A DNA stretch of 63,247 nt, the filler included, from a bacterium (GTDB taxonomy: Bacteria > JALSQH01), in NCBI GenBank assembly GCA_026985515.1. It is 11 parts of 11 records of this genome, joined end to end, with 100 filler letters (N's around TTAATTAATTAA, not from the genome) between each part and the next. Parts side by side here need not be neighbours in the genome. Positions count along the whole stretch, not along the records: positions 46,327 to 56,138 come from JALSQH010000174.1; positions 56,239 to 58,556 come from JALSQH010000177.1; positions 58,657 to 60,942 come from JALSQH010000179.1; positions 61,043 to 63,247 come from JALSQH010000182.1; 7 more parts are not named here. One strand, 5' to 3'. A program made the translations under genes and the position numbers. Positions within the stretch are counted from its first letter, which is position 1; every line of letters starts with the position of its first letter. Below are positions 51,182-61,043 of the stretch, piece by piece. The notes beneath the pieces are model-generated. The model did not search any database. It saw nothing but the letters and a program-made list of their open reading frames with translations, and was not told the DNA's origin.

Positions 51182-52891
51182 ATGGCAAGGAAGATAGGAG
51201 AAATTTTGATTGAAAAGGGTGTGATAACAGAGGATCAGCTCCAGGAGGCTCTTTCAATACAGGCGGAGAGACCTGGGAGAAAAATAGGTGAAATTCTGAT
51301 AAAGCAGAAGTACATCACCGAGTCGGAGCTCAAGTCTGCTCTTGCTGAACAGTTTGGTCTGCCCTTTCTTCCCCATATTGATATTTCCAGAATTCCGGAG
51401 GATGCAGTAAACAAAATTCCCATTAATTATGCGAGAAAAAATGAGGTTATCCCTGTGGAGCAGAGGGGTAATGTGGTTGTGATTGCCATAAGTGATCCGA
51501 CAAATGTATCTGTCGTGGATGATCTGCAGGTGCTTCTTGGAACCACAGTGATCCCTGTAGTTGCTACTTCTGGAGAGATTTCCAATGCCATAAATAATGC
51601 CTACAATAGAGCCACCAATGCTGCAGGTGAAATGATTGAGGATCTCGAGGGAGAGGAACTTGGAACTGTAACTTCAGAGCTGGAGGAGGGTGAACCAGCT
51701 GATCTGCTGGACAGTGTGGATGAAGCTCCCATTATAAGGCTGGTGAATTCTCTCCTGTTTCAGGCTGTTAAACAGAATGTAAGTGATATTCACATTGAGC
51801 CCTTTGAGAAGGATGTTTCAATCAGATACAGAATAGATGGTGTTTTGCACAATATTCTGAAAATTCCCCGAAGGTTTCATTCAAGTGTGGTTTCAAGGGT
51901 TAAGATAATGGCCGGTCTTAATATTGCCGAGAAGAGATTGCCCCAGGATGGGAGAATCAGAACCAAAGTGGCAGGAAAGGATGTGGATATAAGGGTATCC
52001 ACAATACCAACAATATTTGGTGAAAGAGTGGTAATGAGAATTCTGGACCGGAGCAGTGTTCTCCTTGGGCTCGAAGAGATTGGACTGAGCGGGGATAAAC
52101 TGGAAAAGTTCAAGAAGTTGCTGAGAAGATCAAATGGTATTATTCTGGTTACAGGTCCCACAGGAAGCGGGAAAACCACTACTCTTTATGCTGCCCTGAA
52201 TAAGATAAACTCAGAAGATAAAAACATCATGACCATTGAAGATCCCGTGGAGTACCAGTTAAAGGGCATAAGTCAGATTCAGGTCAATCCCAAGATAAAT
52301 CTTACCTTTGCAGCGGGGTTGAGGTCCATTCTCAGACAGGATCCCGATGTGGTTCTTGTGGGTGAGATAAGGGATTTTGAGACAGCGGAGATTGCCATTC
52401 AGGCGTCCCTCACAGGACATCTCGTTTTCAGCACTCTTCATACAAACGACGCACCAAGTGCAGTTACGAGATTAATTGATATGGGGGTGGAACCTTATCT
52501 GATATCTTCATCCCTTGTGGCTGTTCTTGCACAGAGACTTGTGAGAACGATCTGTCCCCACTGCAAGGTGGAGTATGAACCCACCGATGCTGAACTGAGA
52601 GAGATAGGGATAAAAAGGGAAGATTTGAAAAATGGGAAACTCTACAGGGGTCAGGGATGTGAATACTGTATGTACACGGGCTACAGAGGAAGAACGGGAA
52701 TTTTTGAACTTTTCATTGTTTCTGATCGTATAAGAAAAATGATAACCCAGAAGAAGGATGCTTCTGAGATCAGAAAAGCCGCGATTGAGGAGGGAATGTC
52801 AACACTTAAAGAGGATGGTGCGAGGAAGGTAATAGAGGGAATAACCACTATTGAAGAAGTCCTGAGAGTCACCCAGGAGGAAGTGGTTTAG
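51182..52891 (+). CDS. gspE: Type II secretion ATPase
   Basis: MshEN-like N-terminus, SDIHIEP, LPQDGR, GPTGSGKTT, LRQDPD, TGHLVFSTLHTN and tetracysteine motif. Confidence 0.97.
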   Translation: MARKIGEILIEKGVITEDQLQEALSIQAERPGRKIGEILIKQKYITESELKSALAEQFGLPFLPHIDISRIPEDAVNKIPINYARKNEVIPVEQRGNVVVIAISDPTNVSVVDDLQVLLGTTVIPVVATSGEISNAINNAYNRATNAAGEMIEDLEGEELGTVTSELEEGEPADLLDSVDEAPIIRLVNSLLFQAVKQNVSDIHIEPFEKDVSIRYRIDGVLHNILKIPRRFHSSVVSRVKIMAGLNIAEKRLPQDGRIRTKVAGKDVDIRVSTIPTIFGERVVMRILDRSSVLLGLEEIGLSGDKLEKFKKLLRRSNGIILVTGPTGSGKTTTLYAALNKINSEDKNIMTIEDPVEYQLKGISQIQVNPKINLTFAAGLRSILRQDPDVVLVGEIRDFETAEIAIQASLTGHLVFSTLHTNDAPSAVTRLIDMGVEPYLISSSLVAVLAQRLVRTICPHCKVEYEPTDAELREIGIKREDLKNGKLYRGQGCEYCMYTGYRGRTGIFELFIVSDRIRKMITQKKDASEIRKAAIEEGMSTLKEDGARKVIEGITTIEEVLRVTQEEVV

Positions 52892-54120
52892 TGGCCATCT
52901 TTGAATATTCGGGGTATGATTCCCGTGGAAAGAAAATCAGAGGAATAGTTGAAGCTGATAGTGAAAGAAGTGCAAGACAGAAGCTGAAGGCAGAGGGTAT
53001 ATTCACCACCACGATATCACAGATAGGAGAAGAGGAGAAGGGAAGGAAAAAATGGTGGCAGGCTGATGTTTCAGAGTTTCTGGGAAGGGTAACTTTACAG
53101 GATATTGCTGTTGTAACAAGGCAGCTGGCAACTCTTCTCCGGGCTGGAATTCCACTCATTGAGGCACTTGACGCCCTTATTGATCAGACAGAAAAAATCA
53201 GGTTGAAGAGAATACTTGCTACTATCAAGGAAAAAGTTAATGAAGGTTCCTCCCTGGCTGATGCAATAGCCCCATACAGGAGAATCTTTGGTGCTGTGTA
53301 TGTTAACATGATAAAAGCCGGAGAGAGCAGCGGAACTCTTGAAATAGTTCTTGAAAGACTTGCTGATTACTACGAAAATCAGGTAAAGTTGAGAAACAGA
53401 CTTTATTCTTCCCTTACCTATCCAGCCATTCTCTTCCTGCTGATGGGAGGAGTGATAATTTTTCTATTTATCTTTGTCATCCCAAGAATAACTCTGATTT
53501 TTCAGGAGATGAGACACGCACTACCTGTTTACACACGACTCCTCATTGGATTTGTCAATTTTCTGAGGAGAAGCTGGTGGATTTTGTTGCTGCTCTTCGG
53601 ATTTGCTCTGTATGGATTCAAGAGATTTGTTGATACACCAAAGGGAAGGGAATGGTGGGATGGTTTCATTCTACGACTTCCTCTTCTGGGAAATATTCTG
53701 AGAATGGTGGCAATCTCAAGATTTGCAAGAACTCTGGGAACTCTGCTTTCAAGTGGAGTCAGCATTGTGGTTTCACTTGATATAGTAAAGAACATTGTCA
53801 ACAACAGGGTTCTTGAGAAAGCTATTGAAAATGCGAAAAACGCAGTTATCGAGGGTGCACCCCTTGCGGCGCCTCTGAGCGAAAGTGGGGTTTTTCCTCC
53901 CATCGTCATAAAAATGATATCAGTTGGTGAGAAAACAGGTGAACTTGAGAATATGTTAATAAAAGTTGCAGATACTTATGAGGATCAGGTAGAATCGTTT
54001 TTAAACGCCGTGGTTTCCATTGTGGAACCTGTTATGATAATTCTCCTTGCGGGACTCGTATTTTTCATTATGATTTCCATATTACTTCCTCTTTTCCAGA
54101 TGAATCAGTTGATAAGATGA
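52891..54120 (+). CDS. gspF: Type II secretion inner-membrane platform protein
   Basis: RQLATLL-x-AG, AGESSG-x-L, YP and GEKTGEL repeats with three TMs. Confidence 0.96.
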   Translation: MAIFEYSGYDSRGKKIRGIVEADSERSARQKLKAEGIFTTTISQIGEEEKGRKKWWQADVSEFLGRVTLQDIAVVTRQLATLLRAGIPLIEALDALIDQTEKIRLKRILATIKEKVNEGSSLADAIAPYRRIFGAVYVNMIKAGESSGTLEIVLERLADYYENQVKLRNRLYSSLTYPAILFLLMGGVIIFLFIFVIPRITLIFQEMRHALPVYTRLLIGFVNFLRRSWWILLLLFGFALYGFKRFVDTPKGREWWDGFILRLPLLGNILRMVAISRFARTLGTLLSSGVSIVVSLDIVKNIVNNRVLEKAIENAKNAVIEGAPLAAPLSESGVFPPIVIKMISVGEKTGELENMLIKVADTYEDQVESFLNAVVSIVEPVMIILLAGLVFFIMISILLPLFQMNQLIR

Positions 54121-54175
54121 AAGGAACAATGTTTTTCAATTTTAAGTCATAATTTAAAAAGTGGAGGTGACTTTT

Positions 54176-54619
54176 ATGAAGAGAAGAAAAGGTGGTTTCA
54201 CTCTCATAGAAATAATGGTGGTTGTGGTGATAATTGGGTTACTGGCAACTCTGGTAACTCTGAATGTTTTACCACGGGCGGAGCAGGCCAAGAGGACCAA
54301 AGCCATTTCTGACATCAAAACAATAATGAACGCCCTTGAACTGTACAAACTTGATAATGGAGACTATCCCTCCCAGGAGCAGGGGTTGAAGGCTTTAGTG
54401 GAAAAACCCACCACCGGTAAAATACCGAAACACTGGAGAGAGGGTGGTTATCTGAATTCAAACAAGGTTCCCCTTGATCCATGGGGTCACCCGTATGTTT
54501 ACATTTACCCCGGCAGACATGGAAAGTATGACATAATATCTTACGGGAGAGATGGAGAGCCTGGTGGGGAGGGAGAAGACGCAGACATAACAAGCTGGAA
54601 CCTTGATGAAGAAAGATAG
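54176..54619 (+). CDS. gspG: Major pseudopilin
   Basis: G|FTLIE prepilin site, YKLDNG-x-YP...GL-x-AL, DPWG and DGEPGGEGEDADI motifs. Confidence 0.97.
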   Translation: MKRRKGGFTLIEIMVVVVIIGLLATLVTLNVLPRAEQAKRTKAISDIKTIMNALELYKLDNGDYPSQEQGLKALVEKPTTGKIPKHWREGGYLNSNKVPLDPWGHPYVYIYPGRHGKYDIISYGRDGEPGGEGEDADITSWNLDEER

Positions 54620-55142
54620 TGAGGGTTTTACCCTTGTTGAACTTTCAGTTGTTCTTCTTATTATCGCTCTGATGGCAACAATATTGATCCCGAATATTGG
54701 AAGGCTGGGGGGAGAGGATCTGAGGGAAAGTTCAAGGAAGATCGGAGGCCTTATCCAGTATCTCTATGGACTTTCCACAATTCAGAAGAGAAATTTTTAT
54801 CTCAACTTTGATCTGGATAAAGGTGAGTACTGGGTTAGTGTGGGTAAGGTGAATGAAGAAGAAAATAGTGTGGAAATGATCCCCTATGCAGATGATTTTG
54901 TTCGAAAGAAGTATAATCTGCCCTCATCTGTCAGAGTTGAAGATATTGATACGGTGAGCAACGGGAAAATTTCTGAAGGGCGTGTAACTGTCACCTTTTA
55001 TCCAGAGGGGTTCGTTGATCCGGTAACAATTCATTTTAAAAATTCATCAGATGATGAAATGACCCTTCTGGTTCTTCCCCTTACGGGAGATGTCAGGGTT
55101 TATGATGGCTACAAAGAGATTACCTATGTGCAGCAGGAATAG
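54606..55142 (+). CDS. gspH: Minor pseudopilin H
   Basis: G|FTLVE prepilin site and F-YP-x-G motif; position after gspG. Confidence 0.8.
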   Translation: MKKDSEGFTLVELSVVLLIIALMATILIPNIGRLGGEDLRESSRKIGGLIQYLYGLSTIQKRNFYLNFDLDKGEYWVSVGKVNEEENSVEMIPYADDFVRKKYNLPSSVRVEDIDTVSNGKISEGRVTVTFYPEGFVDPVTIHFKNSSDDEMTLLVLPLTGDVRVYDGYKEITYVQQE

Positions 55143-55539
55143 GGGTTTCACACTTCTTGAGGTAATTGTTGCTCTTATGATAATTTCCACAGTTATGGTG
55201 TCTCTCATTTCTCTGAATATTCAGAATATTCAACTTCACGAAGCAGCGAGAGAAAACACAATTGCATACATGATAGCTGAAGAGTATATGGAGAAGCTGA
55301 TTGCTCAGCAGACAATCGATGAAAATTTTGAAGTGAAAGATGAAGAGGTGGAGGAGCAGTATCCAGGTGTTGAAGTTGAGACAAAAGTTGAGGATATTGG
55401 TACGCAGGATGTTGCTTGGGCGGCATTTCTGCCCGAAAATACAGAGGTAAAAATTCTAAGGGTGGTGGTTCACTGGAAGGATGAAAATGGAGAGCGGACA
55501 TATCCTCTTGAGACCTATATTGTAAGGAAAATGCAATGA
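55126..55539 (+). CDS. gspI: Minor pseudopilin I
   Basis: G|FTLLEVIVAL prepilin site; size and gene order. Confidence 0.8.
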   Translation: MCSRNRGFTLLEVIVALMIISTVMVSLISLNIQNIQLHEAARENTIAYMIAEEYMEKLIAQQTIDENFEVKDEEVEEQYPGVEVETKVEDIGTQDVAWAAFLPENTEVKILRVVVHWKDENGERTYPLETYIVRKMQ

Positions 55540-56138
55540 AAAGGGGATTTACCCTTATAGAAGTTCTCCTTGCCCTTACCATAACGGCGGTGATTATAAG
55601 TTTTATCTACTCTTCATTCTGGGTGACGGTAAAATCGTATAACACTTTGAGGGAAAAGGAGGGACTCTACAGAAAAGCACGCATTATCATGGATAAAATC
55701 TCAACCCAGCTTCAGTCAGCCTACCTCGATTATTACCCTCCCGTAGAAAAAAATTTTATTCCAGCCACATTTTTCATAGGTATTGATGACACACTGAATG
55801 GTGTACCGGCAGATAAACTTATTTTCTCGTCATTGTCGGGTGGATACAGGATTGTTGCAGGTGAGGGAGTGAAACCATGGGGGAAAAGCGTGGAACTTGA
55901 GTATTTTATTGATATTGATCCCGATAACGCTGATCAGCTGGATCTATTCTGCAGGGAAGACACAACCCTTGACAGGGATCCCATGAGTGGGGGTATTACA
56001 TTTCCCATGATCTTTAATGTGAAGGGGTTAAATTTCAGATATTACGACAGATACACGAAGCAGTGGTATGATAACTGGGATACCAGAAACAACGGAGAAT
56101 ATTATCTTCCCTCACTTGTGGAAGTTACCCTTTACCTC
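55536..56138 (+). CDS. gspJ: Minor pseudopilin J (3' truncated)
   Basis: G|FTLIE site and FRYYD...W-x-D-x-WD...LP-x-x-VEV motif; gene order. Confidence 0.85.
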
Positions 56139-56238
56139 NNNNNNNNNNNNNNNNNNNNNNNNNNNNNNNNNNNNNNNNNNNNTTAATTAATTAANNNNNN
56201 NNNNNNNNNNNNNNNNNNNNNNNNNNNNNNNNNNNNNN

Positions 56239-57993
56239 TTTTATCCAGCTACTGGAAAGATTGTTAAAGTTGGTGAGGCAGGAGTATATCCATTTGATTT
56301 GATTGTAGAAGGGGAGAAGCTCTTTGTGAGTAACTGGGGTGAGCGGAGTGTTTCAGTATTTGATATAGAGAAAAAGAGCAAAATAAAGGATATTGAAGTG
56401 GGTAAGAACCCGGAGGGTATGGCTCTTTCTCCTGATGGAAAGATTCTATTTGTAGCAGCATCTGACTCAGATAAGATCTATGAAATATCCACTGCTACTC
56501 TCACTCTCAATGAAGTTATTGATCTAACTGAAAATGGTTTGAGTTCCGCAGGTGTGAGTGACGTGGCTGTGGATGAAAGTGGAAGATATCTCTTTTTCAC
56601 TGTTGCAAGAAAAAATTATGTGGGAGTTTATGATTTACTGAAACAAGAAATTGCAGGGAAAATCCCTGTGGGTTATTATCCCACTTCACTGTTCTACTCA
56701 GGCAATAAAATTTTTGTCACCAACGGTAAGGGTGCCGGTCCAGGTCCAAATCCCCATGGTCCTCATGTGAGCGTTGCGATGAAAGGAACGGTGACTGTGG
56801 TACCGTATGATCCTGATAATCTTGCAAACTGGACAAAAACTGCTGATGAAAACATGAATTTTAACTGGAATTACTATTCAAAGAAGTGTCCCTCCCTTTT
56901 TCCTCCCACTGTTACTGAAGAAGAACCAATTAAACATGTGGTCCTGATTGTTCGGGAAAACAAAACCTATGATGAAGATCTGGGTGATATCGAGAATGCC
57001 AATGGTGATCCTTCTCTCACTCTCTTTGGTGAAAATATAACTCCCAATCTTCATGCTCTTGCACGGTCTTATGTGAATTGTGACAATTATTATTCCGATG
57101 CAGAGAATTCCCTTCAGGGTCATGCGTGGACGGCGATGATTGATTCAAATGATTTCACTGAAAAAACATGGCTTGATCAGTTTCCCATGGTGGGAATAGA
57201 TGAGCCGACAATTCCAGAAAGTGGTTCCATTTTTCTGCACCTTTACAATTACGGTGTGAGTTTCCGAAATTATGGTGAAGTGGTGGGATTTGGATTTCAC
57301 CTATTTGATGAGGAACTGGCACCATTTATTGATACCAAATATCCCTTCTGGAATATGCTTATCCCTGATCTTGATAAGATTAAAGAAGTTATAAGAGAAA
57401 TTGAGGAAGGTTATTTCCCCGAGTTTGTCTATATAATCCTTCCCAACGATCACACATTTGGCGGAATGCCTGGAAAACCAGCACCTGATTACATGGTTGC
57501 GGAAAATGATTACGCAACAGGGTATTTTGTTGATTACATTTCTCATACCGAATACTGGAAAAATACCCTGATTTTTATCATTGAAGATGATCCTCAATCC
57601 TTTGCTGGTGACCATGTGGATGCACACAGGAGCATATGTGTGGCTGTAAGCCCCTGGGTTAAGAGGCACTATGTTTCCAGTGTTCATTATGACATTGGAA
57701 GTCTCTACAGAACCATTGAAATGATTTTGGGAGTGCCTCCTCTCAATGTAAATGATGGAGATGCCATTCCCATGTACGATATTTTCACAGATAAGCCGGA
57801 TTTTACTCCCTATCAGAGACGAAGCATGAGAGTAAGTTTTCATCTGAATACATGGAACACCCCCATGGCTTATGAATCATCAAAACTTGATTTCTCACAC
57901 TTTGACAGGGCTCCAGGTCTTGGAAAAATCTTGTGGAGGATAATGAAAGGTGATGTTGAACCACCTCCCTATGCGAAGGGTATTGATTATTAG
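56239..57993 (+). CDS. YncE-like beta-propeller / phosphoesterase (alkaline phosphatase superfamily) fusion (5' truncated)
   Basis: YVTN-type repeats (VGKNPEGMALSPDG, VGYYP), then IKHV-x-x-IVRENKTYD, TPN-x-H, LPNDHT, IEDDPQ and DHVDAHRS motifs. Confidence 0.9.
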   Translation, partial: FYPATGKIVKVGEAGVYPFDLIVEGEKLFVSNWGERSVSVFDIEKKSKIKDIEVGKNPEGMALSPDGKILFVAASDSDKIYEISTATLTLNEVIDLTENGLSSAGVSDVAVDESGRYLFFTVARKNYVGVYDLLKQEIAGKIPVGYYPTSLFYSGNKIFVTNGKGAGPGPNPHGPHVSVAMKGTVTVVPYDPDNLANWTKTADENMNFNWNYYSKKCPSLFPPTVTEEEPIKHVVLIVRENKTYDEDLGDIENANGDPSLTLFGENITPNLHALARSYVNCDNYYSDAENSLQGHAWTAMIDSNDFTEKTWLDQFPMVGIDEPTIPESGSIFLHLYNYGVSFRNYGEVVGFGFHLFDEELAPFIDTKYPFWNMLIPDLDKIKEVIREIEEGYFPEFVYIILPNDHTFGGMPGKPAPDYMVAENDYATGYFVDYISHTEYWKNTLIFIIEDDPQSFAGDHVDAHRSICVAVSPWVKRHYVSSVHYDIGSLYRTIEMILGVPPLNVNDGDAIPMYDIFTDKPDFTPYQRRSMRVSFHLNTWNTPMAYESSKLDFSHFDRAPGLGKILWRIMKGDVEPPPYAKGIDY

Positions 57994-58556
57994 TTTCCTG
58001 ATTGTCCTCCTTTTTTCCTGCGGAAAGGAGGAGGAGAAGTCTGTTCCTGAAAGTTACACCCATAATCTGGCAAAAGGCAAGGAAGCCCTGAAAAAAGGGT
58101 TTGTCGTTGATGCAAAAGATTACTTTTATGAGGCAATGCAATCATATCCAGAGGGGAGTGAGGCGGAGTATGGGTTTGTTATCGCAGAGGGGTTATGGGT
58201 GTATGAATTGATCGGGATGATCTCATCTCTTCCCTTCCAGTCACCTTCTTACTATCCTTCTGAAAACCAGGATGATGTGATTGAAAAATACCTCACAAAC
58301 ATTTTTTCTAAATTGAGAGAGATTCATCAGGATGTAGAGGAGCATATAGAAAATCTTTTATCAAGAAAAGATCCACGATTTGAGATTGATTCTCTTCCGT
58401 TCTTTGTCTGGTCTCAGAAGACCCTTGATTTTGGAGGAAAGTGGGGTAAGGGAGATCTTCTGGCTCTTTCCTTTTATTTCAATTTTGTGGATGCCATTTT
58501 TTCTCTTATTTTATCACAGAACCTCCATGCAGATTATCTGGGAACAATCTCCTTTG
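57971..58556 (+). CDS. Hypothetical helical lipoprotein (3' truncated)
   Basis: MRRVLII...LFSC lipobox and a TPR-like first helices. Confidence 0.65.
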
Positions 58557-58660
58557 NNNNNNNNNNNNNNNNNNNNNNNNNNNNNNNNNNNNNNNNNNNN
58601 TTAATTAATTAANNNNNNNNNNNNNNNNNNNNNNNNNNNNNNNNNNNNNNNNNNNNTATA

Positions 58661-60262
58661 TGTCAAGATAGATGACAGTAAAACTTTTAAGAAAGGAGTC
58701 GTCTATTTATGAAGTACAGTACCGGATTTCGCAACAGCGTATTAAAGAAAATATTACCACCTGAGAATAGGTCAATACCGGAAGTTAGTAAGGAAACAGG
58801 AGTAAGTGAGCAGACACTCAGGAACTGGTTATTAAAACTAAAAAATGATAGTCTTAATCCAGAGGATGGAGAACTATCTCCGGAACAAAGAAGCCCGTCA
58901 GAGAAGATGACACTGTTATTGGAAAGTAGATCCCTTGCTCCTGATGAGAAGGGGATGTGGCTTAGAAAGAATGGTATTCATAGTGAACATCTTGTACTGT
59001 GGGAACAGGAGTTAAGAGATCAAGTGAACGATAAGGCCAATACAGAAAAAGAAACCATAAAAGAACAAAAAAAGAAGATTAAAACCCTGGAAAAAGAACT
59101 TGAGCGTAAGGAAAAGGCTTTGGCAGAAATGGCAGCCCTCATGGTGCTTAAAAAAAAAGCAGAGGCAATCTGGGGGGAAAAAGGGGAAGACTAATTCCTG
59201 AAGAAGATAGATTGCTTGCTGTGGAGCTCATAGACGAAGCAGTAACCAATGGTGCAAGGTTATTTAAGGCGTGTGAAGTTCTTGAGATATCGGTAAGAAC
59301 CTACTACAGGTGGAAATCTGGAAAGGTAAGCGATTTACGCAAAGGAGCTGAAAAGAGAGTGCCGAGAAAACTCACAAAGGTAGAGAAATTAGAGATATTG
59401 AATATATCATGTAGTGAGAGATTTGCAGATACAAATCCATACCAAATAGTTGCAATTCTTTTGGAAGAAGGAACTTATATCGCAAGTGCCAGTAGTTTCT
59501 ACAGGGTTTTAAGGGAATATGATCTTGTTCACCATAGACGTAAAGGCCGACCTGGAAATCGAAAAGCAACCCCACCTGAACTTATAGCTACAGGACCAAA
59601 TCAGGTTTGGAGTTGGGACATTACGTGGTTTAAAACCAGCGTAATGGGAATATTTTTCTATGCCTATGTGATTATTGATGTCTGGAGCCGTAAAATAGTC
59701 GGCTGGGAAGTTCATGAGAGGGAATCTGATAAACTTGCTGCAGAACTTTTCAAGCGTCTTGCATCAGAACAAAATATTCGTGGTGTACGACTGCATTCAG
59801 ATAATGGGAACCCCATGAAGGGAGCAACCATGATCATGATGCTTTATAAACTTGGAATCATCCCCTCTTTTTCAAGACCAAGAGTAAGTGATGATAATGC
59901 TTTCTCTGAGAGTCTTTTTAAGACACTAAAATACACCGCCGGATTTCCACAGTACTTTACTGACCTTGGTCATTCCCGATCATGGTTAGCTGACTTTGTA
60001 GACTGGTACAATAATAAGCATCGCCATTCAGGGATTGGATATGTTACTCCAAATCAAAGACATTCCGGTGAAAGCACAATGATTATGCAAAAGAGAAATG
60101 AGACCATTGCAAAAGCCTATGCTTCGAAACCGGAAAGATGGAGCAGGAAACCTGCATTATGGAACGAAGTAAAAGAAGTATATCTTAACCCATCCTGGAA
60201 GAGATTAAAGGCATCATAAAATGATAAAAATATTTCAAAGATCTGTGACAACTATCTTGACA
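58661..60262 (+). mobile_element. IS3-like insertion sequence, apparently complete (1602 bp)
   Basis: Ends TGTCAAGATAGATGACA and TGACAACTATCTTGACA (15/17 inverted match, TG...CA); orfA/orfB layout. Confidence 0.92.
58709..60219 (+). CDS. IS3-like transposase OrfAB (orfA 58709-59194; orfB in the -1 frame to 60219)
   Basis: HTH and coiled coil in OrfA; DDE motifs WSWDIT, HSDNG and NAFSES; A9 tract at 59150-59158 in the overlap. Confidence 0.92.
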
Positions 60263-60333
60263 TATTCCGACGTTATAAGAAATTTTTGGCTATGTTTTTT
60301 TGAAGAAAAAATTAGCAATTCCAAAATACTATG

Positions 60334-60380
60334 TTGAAAAGCTATAGAAATTGTGGTATATTTCTAGTGGGATTTCCCAC
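60334..60380 (+). promoter_or_regulatory. sigma70 promoter with palindromic operator for the TA-like pair
   Basis: TTGAAA-17 nt-(TGn)TATATT, then GTGGGA-tt-TCCCAC (60367-60380) directly before the AGGAG RBS. Confidence 0.7.
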
Positions 60381-60391
60381 AGGAGCTGTTT

Positions 60392-60646
60392 ATGAGTATA
60401 GTTAAAGAATATGAAGCTAAATTAGATAGTAAGCATAGAATCACAATCAGAGGAAGTGAATATCAATACTTTCAGGTTAAACAGTATGGCGATGGTCATT
60501 TAGAGTTGTTACCTAGAGTTTTAGTCGATCCTAAGGAAATTTCAAGGAATACTCTAAAAATGATGGATCAAGCAATTGAAAATCTCCAAAAGGGGAAAGT
60601 TTCAGAACCTATCAATTTAGATTTGAACAAAGAAGTTAAAACCTAA
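60392..60646 (+). CDS. Putative antitoxin with AbrB/MraZ-like swapped-hairpin DNA-binding domain
   Basis: AKLDSKHRITIR...GHLELLP; 84 aa; coupled to the next gene. Confidence 0.65.
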   Translation: MSIVKEYEAKLDSKHRITIRGSEYQYFQVKQYGDGHLELLPRVLVDPKEISRNTLKMMDQAIENLQKGKVSEPINLDLNKEVKT

Positions 60647-60942
60647 TGAATTTTAATATCAGAATGGGTGTTCCAGAAATGGAAGATTTGTGGAATAACT
60701 TGTGTAAAAAATTAGATGAAGGTTCATTGAAAGGTAATGATAAAAAGTTTTTAAAAAAATTAACAAAGGTACTAAATTTTCTACAAAATGATCCGAAATA
60801 TCCAGGATTAAAAACTCATGAGATAACTCAACTTAGTAAAAGGTATGGAATTAAAGTTTGGCAGTCATACCTTGAAAATAATACACCATCTGCTGGTAGA
60901 TTGTTCTGGGTATACGGACCAGATAGAAAAGATATTACAATA
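60646..60942 (+). CDS. Putative RelE/ParE-superfamily toxin (3' truncated)
   Basis: Small basic protein with L-x-x-DP-x-YPGLKTH...VWQSY...RLFWVY pattern. Confidence 0.6.
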
Positions 60943-61043
60943 NNNNNNNNNNNNNNNNNNNNNNNNNNNNNNNNNNNNNNNNNNNNTTAATTAATTAANN
61001 NNNNNNNNNNNNNNNNNNNNNNNNNNNNNNNNNNNNNNNNNNC

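Noticed and set aside
10092-61042. Ten recurring TTAATTAATTAA motifs flanked by N runs, as a biological repeat or CRISPR-like array
   Set aside because: They are identical 100-bp synthetic contig linkers with six-frame stops; ORF tails ending XXXLIN and gene adjacencies across them are artefacts
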